From Rhodoferax sp. (lineage in GTDB: Bacteria > Pseudomonadota > Gammaproteobacteria > Burkholderiales > Burkholderiaceae_C), in NCBI GenBank assembly GCA_036835225.1, contig DAITMI010000002.1:479-64478 (forward strand): 64,000 nucleotides of DNA, written 5' to 3'. The notes under the pieces were generated by a model. The model saw only the letters and a list, made by a program, of their open reading frames with translations. It was not told the DNA's origin and did no database searches. This document shows positions 9,948-21,293 of this stretch, one piece after another. The position numbers and the translations under genes were made by a program. Every line of letters begins with the position of its first letter. The stretch's first letter is position 1.

Positions 9948-10588
9948 CGGCTTGCTCCCTCAAACGTGGCGTTGCGAAGAAAACCCGCCGGCATCTGCAG
10001 CGCCGAGGTACCACCAAACTGCTTGTGCGCCGCCAGCAGCGCATCCAACTGGGGATCGCGGATCATGCGCTGTGGCTCATCAGCAGCCGGGCCCTGCTGT
10101 AACGCGACGGTCGGCTTGCTGGTCTGCAGTGGCAACTGCGCGAGCTGTTGCCCTTCACCCTGGCTGCTCCAGCCGCCCGCGGCCTGCCAACCCACCACTG
10201 ACATCAGCGCCAGCGCCGCGACCCCAGCCAACAGTTTCCAGCGAAAACTGGCGTCATTGGCGACCACATATTTAGAAGAATTTAGGCTGATAACCTCCGT
10301 CAGTATTGACGAATAAGCTATTGAATCAATAGCACCAACACTGGGCACAAACGGAGCCTCCTGCTGCAAAGAAAGCTTTAACCGCTCGACAAAAGCAGCA
10401 TCGCGTCCGCTGCTCATCGTTTCGCCAGACCGCAACACATCGCCCACCAGATGGTAGGCCTGCCATGTCAATCGGCCATCTGGCGCACCACTGACCCACT
10501 CGACCGTGCGTGCGAACTCCTCCCCGCACAATTGCCCATCGGCCAGCGCCGAGAGCAGTTCACGATTTTTCACAGCTTCTTGCATCAT
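9944..10588 (-). CDS. rseA: Anti-sigma-E factor RseA/MucA
   Basis: LSALADGQL, WQAYHLVGDVLR, TM segment, MIRDPQLDALLAAH; start reassigned to 10588. Confidence 0.9.
   Translation of the reverse strand: MMQEAVKNRELLSALADGQLCGEEFARTVEWVSGAPDGRLTWQAYHLVGDVLRSGETMSSGRDAAFVERLKLSLQQEAPFVPSVGAIDSIAYSSILTEVISLNSSKYVVANDASFRWKLLAGVAALALMSVVGWQAAGGWSSQGEGQQLAQLPLQTSKPTVALQQGPAADEPQRMIRDPQLDALLAAHKQFGGTSALQMPAGFLRNATFEGASR
10283..10334 (+). repeat. Motif A copy 2 (inside rseA)
   Basis: taggctgataacctccgtcagtattgacgaataagctattgaatcaatagca. Confidence 0.7.
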
Positions 10589-10599
10589 CAATTCCAGTC

Positions 10600-11250
10600 T
10601 TACCAACGCTTGCTGGTCTGTTTTTGCAGCATCGGCTTCACTTTGGCCGAAATCGCTTCCCGTGCACGAAAAATGCGGGAACGAACGGTGCCAATGGGGC
10701 AATTCATCATTTCCGAGATCTCTTCGTAGCTAAAACCTTCAATTTCCCGCAAGGTCAGCGCTTGGCGCAAGTCCTCCGGTAAAGCCTCCAAGGCAGCATT
10801 CACCGCCACAGCAATTTCCTTAGCAGCCAACACCGATTCCGGCGTCTCATCCATAGTTGGTTCACTTCCGGCCCAAGAAGTTTCATCGCCGTCCTCATCT
10901 GATTTAAAAGCGTTCTCCGACACGGTGGGATCGCGTTTGAGTTCCAGCAAGAACTTCTTGGCCGTATTGACCGCAATGCGATACAGCCAGGTGTAGAACT
11001 GGGCATCGCCACGAAACTGGTGCAGCGCCCGGTAGGCCCGGATGAACGTCTCCTGGGCGATGTCTTCCACCAGATCGACATCGCGCACCATGCGCCCAAT
11101 CAGCCGTTGAATCCGGCGCTGGTACTTGATGACGAGCAACTCGAAAGCACCCTGATCGCCCGCCACGGCCCGCTCCACCAGCATCAGGTCGCTGTTGTCG
11201 GTGGCACCGGGCTGCGGCCGCAAGGGGGGCGGTGGGGCGTCTGCGCTCAC
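10600..11250 (-). CDS. rpoE: RNA polymerase sigma factor RpoE
   Basis: AFELLVIKYQ, FYTWLYRIAVNTAK, CPIGTVRSRIFRARE; GTG at 11250 is the likely start. Confidence 0.95.
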   Translation of the reverse strand: MSADAPPPPLRPQPGATDNSDLMLVERAVAGDQGAFELLVIKYQRRIQRLIGRMVRDVDLVEDIAQETFIRAYRALHQFRGDAQFYTWLYRIAVNTAKKFLLELKRDPTVSENAFKSDEDGDETSWAGSEPTMDETPESVLAAKEIAVAVNAALEALPEDLRQALTLREIEGFSYEEISEMMNCPIGTVRSRIFRAREAISAKVKPMLQKQTSKRW

Positions 11251-11254
11251 GACG

Positions 11255-11722
11255 TCACCTGCGTGCCCAGTCAGCATCAGTGCTGGTGTTTTGGGTTTGA
11301 CCCGTCGCGCCGCGAGCAAAGACAGCCCGGCGCAACGCGTTCCAAAGCACCACCGCACTGCTGCGCTGTGGCCAAAGCCATAGCCGGGCGCCGCGGTCCG
11401 GGCGCAGACTCAGCACCAGACAAAACTGGAAATCAAGATGTACCGTCAGAAGCCCAGAGACCGACGCGTCCACGGTGGTCCAACTCCAGGCTTGCCCGTC
11501 CCAGCGCAAGCTACCCCGTGGAGAACGGCGCCAAGCCAGAGTCGCGACGATGCCGGCGCCGAGCAGGGTCGTGGCAAATAGCCCTTGCCGCCATCCGGCC
11601 GGGTTGGCCTGCGTATGCCAAAGCCAACCGACAGCCCCACCGCCCGAGGCCATCACACCCACCAGCCAGCCCTGAAAACGCGAACGCCCCACCGGATAAC
11701 TGACCGCTGGGGCGCTGTGCAT
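11255..11722 (-). CDS. Conserved hypothetical membrane protein (YgfX-like)
   Basis: Two TM segments, WNALRRAVF C-terminal motif; between fabF and rpoE. Confidence 0.65.
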   Translation of the reverse strand: MHSAPAVSYPVGRSRFQGWLVGVMASGGGAVGWLWHTQANPAGWRQGLFATTLLGAGIVATLAWRRSPRGSLRWDGQAWSWTTVDASVSGLLTVHLDFQFCLVLSLRPDRGARLWLWPQRSSAVVLWNALRRAVFARGATGQTQNTSTDADWARR

Positions 11723-11770
11723 GCTGGAATCAATCAGATGGCGTATGTTTGATGCAGTGGTGGAAAAACG

Positions 11771-13018
11771 TTACGGCGCACGCTTGAAAACAAGCGAGCC
11801 ATTGGTACCACCAAAGCCAAAGTTGTTCTTCAGGGCCACATCAATTTTCAGGTCACGCGCCGTATTGGCGCAGTAATCCAGATCGCATTCGGGATCCTGG
11901 TTGAAAATATTGATGGTGGGTGGGCTCTTCTGGTGATGCAGCGCCAGCACGGTAAACACCGACTCGATGCCGCCAGCGCCGCCGAGCAAATGCCCGGTCA
12001 TCGACTTGGTGGAGTTGACCACCGTCTTCTTCGCATGGTCTCCCAAGGCCGCCTTGATCGCATTGGTTTCGTTCAAGTCACCCAACGGCGTCGAGGTGCC
12101 ATGGGCATTCAGATAGTCAATCTGATCGGCGTTCACGCCGGCATTGCGCATGGCATTGACCATGGCGCGGCGTGGGCCGTCCATATTGGGGGCTGTCATG
12201 TGGCCGGCATCGGCACTCATGCCAAAACCTGCCAGTTCAGCGTAAATTCTGGCACCGCGTGCCTTGGCGTGCTCGAACTCTTCCAGCACCATCACACCCG
12301 CGCCTTCACCCATAATGAAACCATCCCGATCTTTATCCCAAGGCCGGGAGGCTGTTTTTGGATCGTCATTACGGGTACTCAAGGCACGCATGGCGGCAAA
12401 GCCACCCATACCCAAAGGCGATATGGTGGCCTCAGAGCCACCCGCGACCATGACATCGGCGTCACCGTACTCAATCATGCGGCCGGCATCGCCAATGCAG
12501 TGCAGACCAGTGGTGCAAGCTGACACGATGGCCATGTTGGGGCCTTTGAAGCCAAAACGAATCGCGACATGTCCGGCAATCATATTAATGATTGTGGAAG
12601 GCACAAAAAACGGAGAAATACGGCGTGCACCCCGATTGACATACTCGGTGTGCATGGCTTCAATCATCGGCAGGCCACCGATGCCAGAACCAATCAGACA
12701 GCCGATACGGGTGGACAACTCATCCTCCAACGCATCGCCCGTGGGCAGGCCAGCATCGGCAACTGCCTGGCTGGCCGCGGCAATGCCGAAATGAATGAAG
12801 GTGTCCATCGTGCGCGCCTCTTTGGCGCTGATATACGACTCCAGATCGAAGCCCTTGACCTCGCCCGCGATCTTGCAGGCGAAGCTTGAGGCGTCAAACT
12901 TGGTGATCAGATCAATACCGGACTTCCCGGCCAGCAGGTTGGCCCAGGCATCGGCTACCGTGTTGCCCACGGGACTGATACAACCCAAACCTGTTACGAC
13001 AACGCGACGACGGGACAT
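11771..13018 (-). CDS. fabF: Beta-ketoacyl-ACP synthase II
   Basis: [35 protein letters not shown]. Confidence 0.97.
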   Translation of the reverse strand: MSRRRVVVTGLGCISPVGNTVADAWANLLAGKSGIDLITKFDASSFACKIAGEVKGFDLESYISAKEARTMDTFIHFGIAAASQAVADAGLPTGDALEDELSTRIGCLIGSGIGGLPMIEAMHTEYVNRGARRISPFFVPSTIINMIAGHVAIRFGFKGPNMAIVSACTTGLHCIGDAGRMIEYGDADVMVAGGSEATISPLGMGGFAAMRALSTRNDDPKTASRPWDKDRDGFIMGEGAGVMVLEEFEHAKARGARIYAELAGFGMSADAGHMTAPNMDGPRRAMVNAMRNAGVNADQIDYLNAHGTSTPLGDLNETNAIKAALGDHAKKTVVNSTKSMTGHLLGGAGGIESVFTVLALHHQKSPPTINIFNQDPECDLDYCANTARDLKIDVALKNNFGFGGTNGSLVFKRAP

Positions 13019-13178
13019 AGAAATTTGCAGTCAGTAGTTGATCTAGAGAAAGCCGCCTGGAGCGGCATGAAACCAGGCTTGCGGACCGGAACTTCGGCTA
13101 GCCTTTTCAGGCAGCCCAGTTCATCGCAGTCAGCCACAATCGGCGCGTGAACGCTTGACGCGTCGCACGCCCCAACCC

Positions 13179-13454
<276 letters not shown>

Positions 13455-13582
13455 TTAGCCGGGCTTCGGGGCGATTCCCCAATCCGGCTGCCGAACGGAT
13501 AAATCGGCTTGATTTTGTTGACCACATAACACCTTGCGGGACCGCCCGCAGCGGTGGAGCGACCAGCGCGGCCCTCAACTGA

Positions 13583-14332
13583 CTAGGCCATGAACATGCC
13601 GCCGTTAACGTGCAACTCCTGTCCCGTCACGTAGCTCGCCTGGGGCGAAGCCAGGTAGGCCACCGCATGAGCGATGTCCGATGGCTTGCCGAGCTGCCCC
13701 AGCGGGATTTGGCTCAGCAGTGCTTTGTGCTGATCTTCATGCAGGCTGGCGGTCATGTCGGTTTCGATAAAACCGGGTGCCACGCAATTGACCGTGATGT
13801 GGCGCGAGCCCAGCTCACGCGCCAGTGCGCGCGTCATGCCCGCCACGCCCGCCTTGGCCGCGGCGTAGTTGGCCTGCCCCGCGTTACCCGAGGCGCCCAC
13901 CACGGACGTGATGCTGATAATACGGCCATAACGTTGTTTCATCATGGTACGCATGACGGCGCGGCTCATGCGAAACACGGCCTTGAGGTTGGTGTCCAGC
14001 ACGGCATCCCACTCGTCGTCTTTCATGCGCATGGCCAGGTTGTCGCGCGTGATGCCGGCATTGTTCACCAGGACATGCAGTCCGCCATGCTCTTTGACAA
14101 TCGCGTCCATCAGGGCTTCAGCGGCCTGCGCATCGTTGACATTCAGCGTCTTGCCGCTGCAGCCGGGGAAAGCCGCCAAAGTTTGCCCGATTTTTGCCGC
14201 CCCGTCGTCGGTCGTGGCTGTGCCAATGACCTTCAGGCCCCGGGTGGCCAGCGCCAGGGCAATGGCCGCACCGATACCGCGCGAGGCGCCGGTCACCAGG
14301 GCAACCTGGCCTTCAAATTTCATATCACTCAT
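13583..14332 (-). CDS. fabG: 3-oxoacyl-ACP reductase
   Basis: TGASRGIG, NNAGITRD, YAAAK. Confidence 0.96.
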   Translation of the reverse strand: MSDMKFEGQVALVTGASRGIGAAIALALATRGLKVIGTATTDDGAAKIGQTLAAFPGCSGKTLNVNDAQAAEALMDAIVKEHGGLHVLVNNAGITRDNLAMRMKDDEWDAVLDTNLKAVFRMSRAVMRTMMKQRYGRIISITSVVGASGNAGQANYAAAKAGVAGMTRALARELGSRHITVNCVAPGFIETDMTASLHEDQHKALLSQIPLGQLGKPSDIAHAVAYLASPQASYVTGQELHVNGGMFMA

Positions 14333-15290
14333 GTTCAGCACCCCAAAGTACGCTTTTCACATCCGCCAGACTGGCCGGGTCCCATAGCACCATGCCGTTC
14401 AATTCCGGGTCGATACGTTTGACCATACCGGCCAGCACCTTGCCGGGTCCGCATTCCACAATCGCAGTCACGCCGCGCGCCTTGATCGCCTGCATGCACT
14501 CCACCCAGCGTACCGGTCCGAAGGACTGGCGGTACAGCGCGTCACGAATACGATCAGCATCGACCTCGACGGCGACGTCAACATTGTTGATCAATACGAT
14601 TTGCGGCGACGAAAATTCAACCGACTCCAGCTTTTCCCTGAGCCTCTGGGCAGCCGGCTTCATCAAGCTCGAATGAAAAGGCGCCGATACCGACAGCGGC
14701 AACGCGCGCTTGGCGCCGTTGGCCTTCAACACCTCACAGGCCCTCTCGACTGCGGCTTTGCTGCCAGCGATCACGGTTTGGGCCGGGTCGTTGAAATTGA
14801 CGGCTTCCACCACTTCCGCCGAATCCTCGCCAAATCCCTTCGTCACCTCCGCGCAGCCAGCGATTACTTTTGCAGCATCCATGCCTAGAATGGCGGCCAT
14901 CGCGCCCACGCCGACCGGCACCGCGTCCTGCATCGCTTGGGCCCGAAAACGCACCAGCGGCGTGGCCTGGGCCAGTGTCAGCACACCGGCCGCGACCATG
15001 GCTGAATATTCGCCCAACGAGTGGCCAGCCACAGCGGACGGTGCAACGCCGGTCTCCGCCATCCAGACGCGGTACGCCGCCACTGCCGCCACCAACATCA
15101 CCGGCTGGGTATTCGTCGTCAGCGCCAGCGCTTCCTTGGGTCCTTCCTTGATGAGCTTGGCGACATCCTCACCCAAGGCATCCGAGGCCTCTTTGAGCGT
15201 CTCAAGCACCACGGGATGATCACCCCAAACATCCAGCATGCCGACGGATTGCGAGCCCTGACCGGGAAAGACAAAAGCAAACGGTTTCAT
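14325..15290 (-). CDS. fabD: Malonyl-CoA-ACP transacylase
   Basis: FPGQGSQ, GHSLGEY, VSAPFHS. Confidence 0.97.
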   Translation of the reverse strand: MKPFAFVFPGQGSQSVGMLDVWGDHPVVLETLKEASDALGEDVAKLIKEGPKEALALTTNTQPVMLVAAVAAYRVWMAETGVAPSAVAGHSLGEYSAMVAAGVLTLAQATPLVRFRAQAMQDAVPVGVGAMAAILGMDAAKVIAGCAEVTKGFGEDSAEVVEAVNFNDPAQTVIAGSKAAVERACEVLKANGAKRALPLSVSAPFHSSLMKPAAQRLREKLESVEFSSPQIVLINNVDVAVEVDADRIRDALYRQSFGPVRWVECMQAIKARGVTAIVECGPGKVLAGMVKRIDPELNGMVLWDPASLADVKSVLWGAEHE

Positions 15291-15317
15291 TGTGAATGAA
15301 CGGTAATTATTGAATAA

Positions 15318-15370
15318 AACAGGCTCTTGGCCTTGAAGGAAAAGCGCCGAATGCTACAGATTAAGAAGCA
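15318..15370 (+). repeat. Motif A degenerate copy 3 (overlaps fabH stop)
   Basis: aggctcttggccttgaaggaaaagcgccgaatgctacagattaagaagca; GCGC, GCTA and AGCA blocks in register, left block shifted by 1 nt. Confidence 0.45.
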
Positions 15371-16331
15371 CGGCGCCCCAGGTGAAACCGCCGCCGACGC
15401 CCTCCAGCAGCAGCAATTCACCCGGTTTGACTTTGCCGCTACGCACCGCAGAATCCAGCGCCAGCGGAATCGAGGCCGCCGAGGTGTTGCCATGCTGGTC
15501 CACCGTGACGATGACTTTGTCCATCGACAGCTTCAACTTTCTGGCCGTGCTCTGCATGATGCGGATGTTGGCCTGGTGCGGCACCAACCAATCAATGTCG
15601 GCGGCGGTCTTGCCCGCCTTGGCCAGGGTGGCGCGGGCGGCTTCATCCAGCACGCCCACGGCCAGCTTGAACACCGCCTGGCCATCCATCTTCAGCAACG
15701 GGGCGCCCAGCACATTGCCACCCGACACATGACCCGGTACGCACAGAATGCCGACATGCTTGCCGTCCGCATGCAAATCGCTGGCGAGAATGCCGGGCGT
15801 GTCGGACGCCTCGAGCACGACGGCACCGGCGCCATCACCAAACAGCACGCAAGTGGTCCGATCCTTGAAATCGAGAATACGTGAAAAAACCTCTGCGCCA
15901 ATCACCAGCGCCTTGGTGACGGCCCCAGTCTTGATCATCGCGTCGGCAATCGTCAGCGCGTAAATAAAACCGCTGCACACGGCCTGCACATCGAACGCCG
16001 CGCAGCCATTGGCGCCCAACTTGTCCTGCAATATGCAGGCGGTTGAGGGAAACACCATATCGGGCGTTGAGGTGGCGACGATGATGAGGTCAATATCTTT
16101 GGCCTCCACTCCGGCCGCCTGCAAAGCCTGGCGCGCGGCCTCAAGACCCAGATCGCTGCTGCAAACCTCCGGCGCAGCAAAATGACGCGCCCGAATCCCC
16201 GTGCGCTCAACAATCCAGTCATCCGAGGTTTCGACCCCTTGCGTGGCAAGCTCTGCCGCCAAATCGGCGTTGGTCAGCCGACGCGGCGGGAGATAACTAC
16301 CGGTCCCGGTAATGCGTGAATAGAGTTTCAT
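15354..16331 (-). CDS. fabH: Beta-ketoacyl-ACP synthase III
   Basis: [26 protein letters not shown]. Confidence 0.97.
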   Translation of the reverse strand: MKLYSRITGTGSYLPPRRLTNADLAAELATQGVETSDDWIVERTGIRARHFAAPEVCSSDLGLEAARQALQAAGVEAKDIDLIIVATSTPDMVFPSTACILQDKLGANGCAAFDVQAVCSGFIYALTIADAMIKTGAVTKALVIGAEVFSRILDFKDRTTCVLFGDGAGAVVLEASDTPGILASDLHADGKHVGILCVPGHVSGGNVLGAPLLKMDGQAVFKLAVGVLDEAARATLAKAGKTAADIDWLVPHQANIRIMQSTARKLKLSMDKVIVTVDQHGNTSAASIPLALDSAVRSGKVKPGELLLLEGVGGGFTWGAVLLNL

Positions 16332-16334
16332 GGG

Positions 16335-17384
16335 TCAGGCGGTTACGACCGCATCGGACTGAACGGAGGACCCGCTGGCAGCCAACAAAGGCGCCGCGTG
16401 AGCAATCCGGACTTGAACACGGTCAAGTAAGTTGTTTCGGGCTGCATCATACGCCCGCGTCAAAGCGTATTCAAACGCCACCTCATCGGCTGAACCATGG
16501 CTTTTGAAAACCAGCCCACGCAGGCCAAGCAAGGCGCCACCGTTGTAGCGACGGTGATCCATTCGCTTTTTAAGCGCAGATATGATGGGATAAGCAGCAA
16601 TTGCTGCCATTTTTGTAAAAATATTACGCGAAAATTCCATCTTCAAAAAATCGACAATCATGGTCGCCAAGCCTTCACTGGCTTTCAGGGCAACATTGCC
16701 GACAAATCCATCACAGACGACGATGTCGGCAGTGCCCTTGAAGATATCATTGCCCTCAACGTTGCCATAGAAATTTAAATCGCCAGCTTTAGATGCACAT
16801 CGAAGCAGTTCACCGGCTTTTTTAATGACTTCGTTGCCTTTAATAGCTTCTTCGCCAATATTGAGCAAACCTACCGTGGGATTGTCGTTGCCACTCAGGA
16901 CGGACACGAGAGCGGAACCCATCATCGCGAACTGCAGCAGGTGCTCGGCCGAACAATCGACATTGGCACCCATGTCCAGTACCGTGGTAGCCTGACCCTT
17001 GGCATTGGGAATTTGCCCGGCAATGGCGGGGCGATCGATACCGTCCAGGGTTTTGAGCAAGTAGCGCGAAATCGCCATCAGCGCAGCGGTGTTGCCGGCC
17101 GATACAGCGGCTTGCGCCACACCGTCCTTGACCTGCTGAATCGCCACCCGCATGGAGGAGTCTTTTTTGCGTCGCAGTGCCACTTCCAGTGGGTCATCCA
17201 TGCTGACAACCTCGCTGGCCACCACAATTTTCGCGCGCGGATGGAAAAACGCACTCAAGCTGTCCGGCAACCCCACCAGGAGCAACTGCACATCGGCGTG
17301 TCGATCCAGAAAATTGCGACAAGCAGGAAGCGTGACACGGGGGCCATGATCGCCTCCCATGCAATCAACAGCGATGGTGATCAT
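16335..17384 (-). CDS. plsX: Phosphate acyltransferase PlsX
   Basis: [30 protein letters not shown]. Confidence 0.96.
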   Translation of the reverse strand: MITIAVDCMGGDHGPRVTLPACRNFLDRHADVQLLLVGLPDSLSAFFHPRAKIVVASEVVSMDDPLEVALRRKKDSSMRVAIQQVKDGVAQAAVSAGNTAALMAISRYLLKTLDGIDRPAIAGQIPNAKGQATTVLDMGANVDCSAEHLLQFAMMGSALVSVLSGNDNPTVGLLNIGEEAIKGNEVIKKAGELLRCASKAGDLNFYGNVEGNDIFKGTADIVVCDGFVGNVALKASEGLATMIVDFLKMEFSRNIFTKMAAIAAYPIISALKKRMDHRRYNGGALLGLRGLVFKSHGSADEVAFEYALTRAYDAARNNLLDRVQVRIAHAAPLLAASGSSVQSDAVVTA

Positions 17385-17437
17385 GAAAAACTAGTGCAAT
17401 CCGTCAAGTGAAAATCAGATACCGGAGGCATCAAGAC

Positions 17438-17475
17438 AAAGGCCCGATGCTACAAACACAGTAGCACCGGGCCTT
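17438..17475 (-). terminator. Hairpin/terminator after rpmF
   Basis: aaggcccg-tgctac / gtagca-cgggcctt inverted repeat. Confidence 0.5.
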
Positions 17476-17490
17476 GATTGGTGAGAACTA

Positions 17491-17673
17491 TCAGGCTTCA
17501 GACTTGGTCTTGAGCACTTGGCGGCCACGATAAAAGCCATTCGGGCTGATATGGTGACGCAGGTGGGTTTCGCCCGTGGTGGACTCAACTGCAATGCCTG
17601 GCACGACCAGCGCATTGTGCGAACGGTGCATACCGCGCTTGGAAGGTGATTTTTTGTTCTGTTGGACAGCCAT
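17491..17673 (-). CDS. rpmF: 50S ribosomal protein L32
   Basis: [19 protein letters not shown]...HLRHH. Confidence 0.97.
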   Translation of the reverse strand: MAVQQNKKSPSKRGMHRSHNALVVPGIAVESTTGETHLRHHISPNGFYRGRQVLKTKSEA

Positions 17674-17781
17674 GATCTGCTCCTTGACGTTTATGTCGCG
17701 AAGGTCGCAACATCTTGGGTTAGTGAAACACGCGGCTTTTCAACCCGCGTGAAGCCTTCAATTATAGCGCACCTCGTCGCA

Positions 17782-18330
17782 TCAGCTGGATTTTCCACCC
17801 TGCAGCTTCGCCAACACCGCGAAAGGATTGCGTTTTTCGGCGGACGCGGCATCGAAATCCGGGTCCACCGCCGCCAGCTTGATCTCAACCGGGCACTTCT
17901 CATGGCGGGGCACCACCGGCAACTCCATCAGCACCTCGTCTTCAATCAGATCAACCAGGCTGAAATCCTGACTCAGGGCCAGCACGTCTTCCTCCGCCTC
18001 TTCATCTTGCGCCTCGGCCACCTCTTCGCTGCCGACAAAGCGAAAAGACCGATTCACGGCCACTCTGATATCCACAGGACCGAGGCAACGCTGGCAGGTC
18101 AAGGGCAATGTGGCATCCACCGTCAGATGCAGCCAGACCTGTTCGGCACCCGCTTCATCGCTTCGCAGCTCGCCGCGGGCAGACCAGCTGAGCAACCGAT
18201 CAGCCCCCAGACCTTGTGTTTCCGAAATCAGACGCTGGTATTTCGACAGCAAATCATGGCCGGCGATCGTGCTTTGTGCCTGCGCAAACGCCTTGATGTC
18301 CAGATGGGTGGGGGGGGACTCTTGTTTCAT
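17782..18330 (-). CDS. yceD: YceD/DUF177 protein
   Basis: CQRCL, LIEDEVLMELP, NPFAVL; upstream of rpmF. Confidence 0.9.
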   Translation of the reverse strand: MKQESPPTHLDIKAFAQAQSTIAGHDLLSKYQRLISETQGLGADRLLSWSARGELRSDEAGAEQVWLHLTVDATLPLTCQRCLGPVDIRVAVNRSFRFVGSEEVAEAQDEEAEEDVLALSQDFSLVDLIEDEVLMELPVVPRHEKCPVEIKLAAVDPDFDAASAEKRNPFAVLAKLQGGKSS

Positions 18331-18355
18331 GCTCGCAGTGTAAGAGAATCACGGC

Positions 18356-18949
18356 ATGTCTGATCCTATCCACCGAAAACTCATCCTGGGCTCCACCTCG
18401 CCCTACCGCCATGAACTGCTGACGCGCCTGCGCATTCCGTTTGAGGTCGCCGCCCCCGATGTCGATGAAACACCGCTGGCGTCGGAAACGCCAAAGCAAC
18501 TCGCCTGTCGGCTGGCCATGGCCAAAGCGCGTGTCGTAGCAGCGCAATTCCCGGCCTGCGTGGTGATCGGCTCGGACCAGGTGGCCGACCTCGACGGCCA
18601 GGCCCTCGGCAAGCCAGGCAACCACGCGCGTGCCGTCGCCCAGTTGCAGCAAATGCGCGGTAAAACCGTGATTTTCCAGACGGCGGTGGCGGTGGTGTGT
18701 GCTGAAACCGGCTTCGCCCAGATGGACCTGGCGCAGGTCAAAGTGAAATTCCGAGAGCTCACCGATTGCGAAATCGAAACGTACTTGCGAGCGGAAACCC
18801 CTTACGACTGCGCGGGCAGCGCCAAAAGCGAAGGTCTGGGCATCGCCTTGTTGGCGTCCATCGACAACGATGACCCGACGGCGCTGGTGGGCCTGCCACT
18901 GATCCGTACCTGCCGGATGATTCAGGCGGCAGGCGTCAAGGTGCTATGA
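18356..18949 (+). CDS. maf: Maf family nucleotide pyrophosphatase (YceF type)
   Basis: LILGSTSPYR, IGSDQV, GKPG, CAGS, LVGLPL. Confidence 0.92.
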   Translation: MSDPIHRKLILGSTSPYRHELLTRLRIPFEVAAPDVDETPLASETPKQLACRLAMAKARVVAAQFPACVVIGSDQVADLDGQALGKPGNHARAVAQLQQMRGKTVIFQTAVAVVCAETGFAQMDLAQVKVKFRELTDCEIETYLRAETPYDCAGSAKSEGLGIALLASIDNDDPTALVGLPLIRTCRMIQAAGVKVL

Positions 18950-19740
18950 GCATGACAACAACACCCCAAAACGCCGCACAAACATCCTACGGCCGCCTCT
19001 ACCTGGTGCCCGCCCCGCTGGATTTCGGCTGCGACAGCCAATCGGATCTTCAAAACACGATGCCGCGGGGCACCCTGAGCGTGGCGTCAAGGCTGCAGTA
19101 TTGGGTCTGTGAAAATGCCAAATCAGCGCGTGCGTACCTTAAGCGGGTGAATGAAATCACCCCGCTGAACAGCCCACTGCAGGCCCTGCACATTCAGGAG
19201 TTGCCGCGCGAAGTACATAAAAAAGGGGATCACAGCGGCAACTTTGACGCGCGTCACCTGTTGGCGCCCGCACTGGAAGGGAATGACGTGGGACTGGTCA
19301 GCGAAGCCGGTATGCCTGCCGTGGCCGACCCAGGTTCCTCGGTGGTGCGTGCGGCCCATGATCTGGGAATTGAGGTCATCCCGCTGACCGGCCCGGTATC
19401 GCTGCTGCTGGCGTTGGCCGCCAGTGGGCTCAATGGCCAGAATTTCGCGTTTGTGGGTTACCTGCCCCAAGATGGCGCCGAGCGCGCCCAGCGTATCAAG
19501 GAACTGGAATCGCTGGCGCTGAAAAGCGGGCAAACCCAGCTGTTTATCGAGACGCCCTACCGCAATGCTGCCATGCTGCAAGCGCTGTTGCAGACGCTGC
19601 AACACAACACCCGGCTGGCCATCAGCAGCGGGCTCACCTTGGAAAGTGGCATCTGCCGCAGCGACAGCATCAAGAACTGGCGACAGAAGACATCCCCACT
19701 GAACAACTCGACCCCGGTGGTGTTTGCCCTGGGTCGCTAG
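18946..19740 (+). CDS. Tetrapyrrole-methylase family SAM methyltransferase (RsmI-like)
   Basis: LYLVP, SEAGMPAVADPG, FIETPYRN. Confidence 0.85.
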   Translation: MSMTTTPQNAAQTSYGRLYLVPAPLDFGCDSQSDLQNTMPRGTLSVASRLQYWVCENAKSARAYLKRVNEITPLNSPLQALHIQELPREVHKKGDHSGNFDARHLLAPALEGNDVGLVSEAGMPAVADPGSSVVRAAHDLGIEVIPLTGPVSLLLALAASGLNGQNFAFVGYLPQDGAERAQRIKELESLALKSGQTQLFIETPYRNAAMLQALLQTLQHNTRLAISSGLTLESGICRSDSIKNWRQKTSPLNNSTPVVFALGR

Positions 19741-19749
19741 TTTTTAGTC

Positions 19750-19820
19750 GCCGCCGGACCACCCCACAGCGACGGCTGCCCCCTCCGGGGCAGCGACGAC
19801 ACGCCGTGCGAAGCGTGGGC
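19750..19820. repeat. Repeat family B degenerate copy between convergent genes
   Basis: gccgccggaccacccca...ggggcagcgacgacacg..tgcgaagcgtggg. Confidence 0.65.
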
Positions 19821-19838
19821 TACCTTAGTGAATGCGGA

Positions 19839-20909
19839 TCAGCGGATGGCGGGAATGGATTGGAGGGCATGCACCGCGCCTGCGCCAATGGAGGCACCAA
19901 ACCGTTTGACCAGGCGCTCGGCCACATTTTCACGGCGGGTGTAATCAATGATGTCCTCGGCCTTGACCACCTCACGCGCCACGAAATCCAGGTTGCCCAA
20001 CTGATCAGCCAGTCCGAGTTCAATCGCCTGCTGACCGCTCCAGAACAAGCCACTGAAGGTCTCCGGTGTTTCCTTCAGCCGGCTGCCACGACCGACCTTG
20101 ACGACGTCGATGAACTGCTTGTGAATCTGGTCCAGCATGGTCTGGGCAAAAGCCCGCTGCATCTCGGTTTGCGGGCTGAACGGATCCAGAAACCCTTTGT
20201 TCACCCCCGCCGTCATGAGACGCCGCTCCACGCCCAGCTTGTCCATCAAACCAGTAAAGCCAAAGCCATCCATCAGCACGCCAATGCTGCCAACAATGCT
20301 GGCCTTGTCAACAAAAATCTTGTCGGCCGCCACCGCGATGTAATAGGCGGCCGATGCACAGGACTCTTCGACCACGGCATACACCGGCTTTTTGTGTTTG
20401 GCCTTGAGACGTCTGATCTCGTCGTTGATGATGCCAGCCTGCACCGGGCTGCCGCCTGGCGAATTGATCAACAGGACCACCGCCTGCGCCCCCTCGTCTT
20501 CAAACGCACCGCGCAGGGCGGCCACAATCAATTCGGCACTGGCGTCCGCACCCGATGCAATTTCACCCTTGATCTCCACTACCGCCGTGTGGGGCGTCGA
20601 TACATCACTGGAAACGCCACTCTGAACTATCAAAACCCAGGTCACGACAATAAAGAAAGCCAGCCAGGCCAGCCGGACAAAATTACGCCAGCGCCGTGCC
20701 ACCCGCTGCTCATTCAATGATGCAAAAGCCAATTTTTCCAGCGTAGCACGCTCCCAGCCCGGGTTGTCCGACGGCGCTTCATTTGCTCTATTTTTAATAG
20801 CAGATTGCGCATTATTGACGGGGGCTGCAGCCTTATTTAATGGCAAATCAGGCTCGGAACCGGCAGCTGCTTGTTCAGGGAGTTGTTCAGGGATATGGGG
20901 GTCGGTCAT
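19839..20909 (-). CDS. S49 family peptidase (SppA-like)
   Basis: INSPGGSP, ASAAYYIA, VGSIGV, GLADQLG. Confidence 0.9.
   Translation of the reverse strand: MTDPHIPEQLPEQAAAGSEPDLPLNKAAAPVNNAQSAIKNRANEAPSDNPGWERATLEKLAFASLNEQRVARRWRNFVRLAWLAFFIVVTWVLIVQSGVSSDVSTPHTAVVEIKGEIASGADASAELIVAALRGAFEDEGAQAVVLLINSPGGSPVQAGIINDEIRRLKAKHKKPVYAVVEESCASAAYYIAVAADKIFVDKASIVGSIGVLMDGFGFTGLMDKLGVERRLMTAGVNKGFLDPFSPQTEMQRAFAQTMLDQIHKQFIDVVKVGRGSRLKETPETFSGLFWSGQQAIELGLADQLGNLDFVAREVVKAEDIIDYTRRENVAERLVKRFGASIGAGAVHALQSIPAIR
20784..20835 (-). repeat. Motif A copy 4 (inside S49 peptidase N-terminus)
   Basis: Reverse complement: taaggctgcagcccccgtcaataatgcgcaatctgctattaaaaatagagca. Confidence 0.8.
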
Positions 20910-20910
20910 T

Positions 20911-21276
20911 TCAAAAATCTACGGGTTTCAAATTATGGGCAGTATGCCAGTGCACGACGCCATCCCGCTCGGACGTGTCAATCTTGATCAAGCCACCCCG
21001 ACAGGGGCCACCGCGGCAGGCCCCCGTCTGCGGCTGATAAATGGCGCCATGCGTGGCGCACATCAGCCAGTGACCGGTGCTGTCAAAAAACCGGTTGGGC
21101 TGGTAATCCATCTCCATCGGCAGATGGGCGCAACGGTTCAGGTAAGCGTAGGCCTGGCCCTGGTAACGAATAGCAAAAGCCCGGCAAGTCTGACCGCCAT
21201 AGAACACATCAAACGGAACGGCTTCGGCGCTATCGACCAGATCGGCCGAATTACACAAGGGAATTATCTGCATCAT
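20911..21276 (-). CDS. Rieske 2Fe-2S ferredoxin
   Basis: CAHL...CATHGA Rieske motifs. Confidence 0.9.
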   Translation of the reverse strand: MMQIIPLCNSADLVDSAEAVPFDVFYGGQTCRAFAIRYQGQAYAYLNRCAHLPMEMDYQPNRFFDSTGHWLMCATHGAIYQPQTGACRGGPCRGGLIKIDTSERDGVVHWHTAHNLKPVDF

Positions 21277-21293
21277 GCCGCGGCTTTTGCCCG

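Noticed and set aside
17448..17466. GCTAC-N7-GTAGC core resembling motif A
   Set aside because: The flanking GCGC and GGGGCT blocks are absent; explained by the rpmF hairpin
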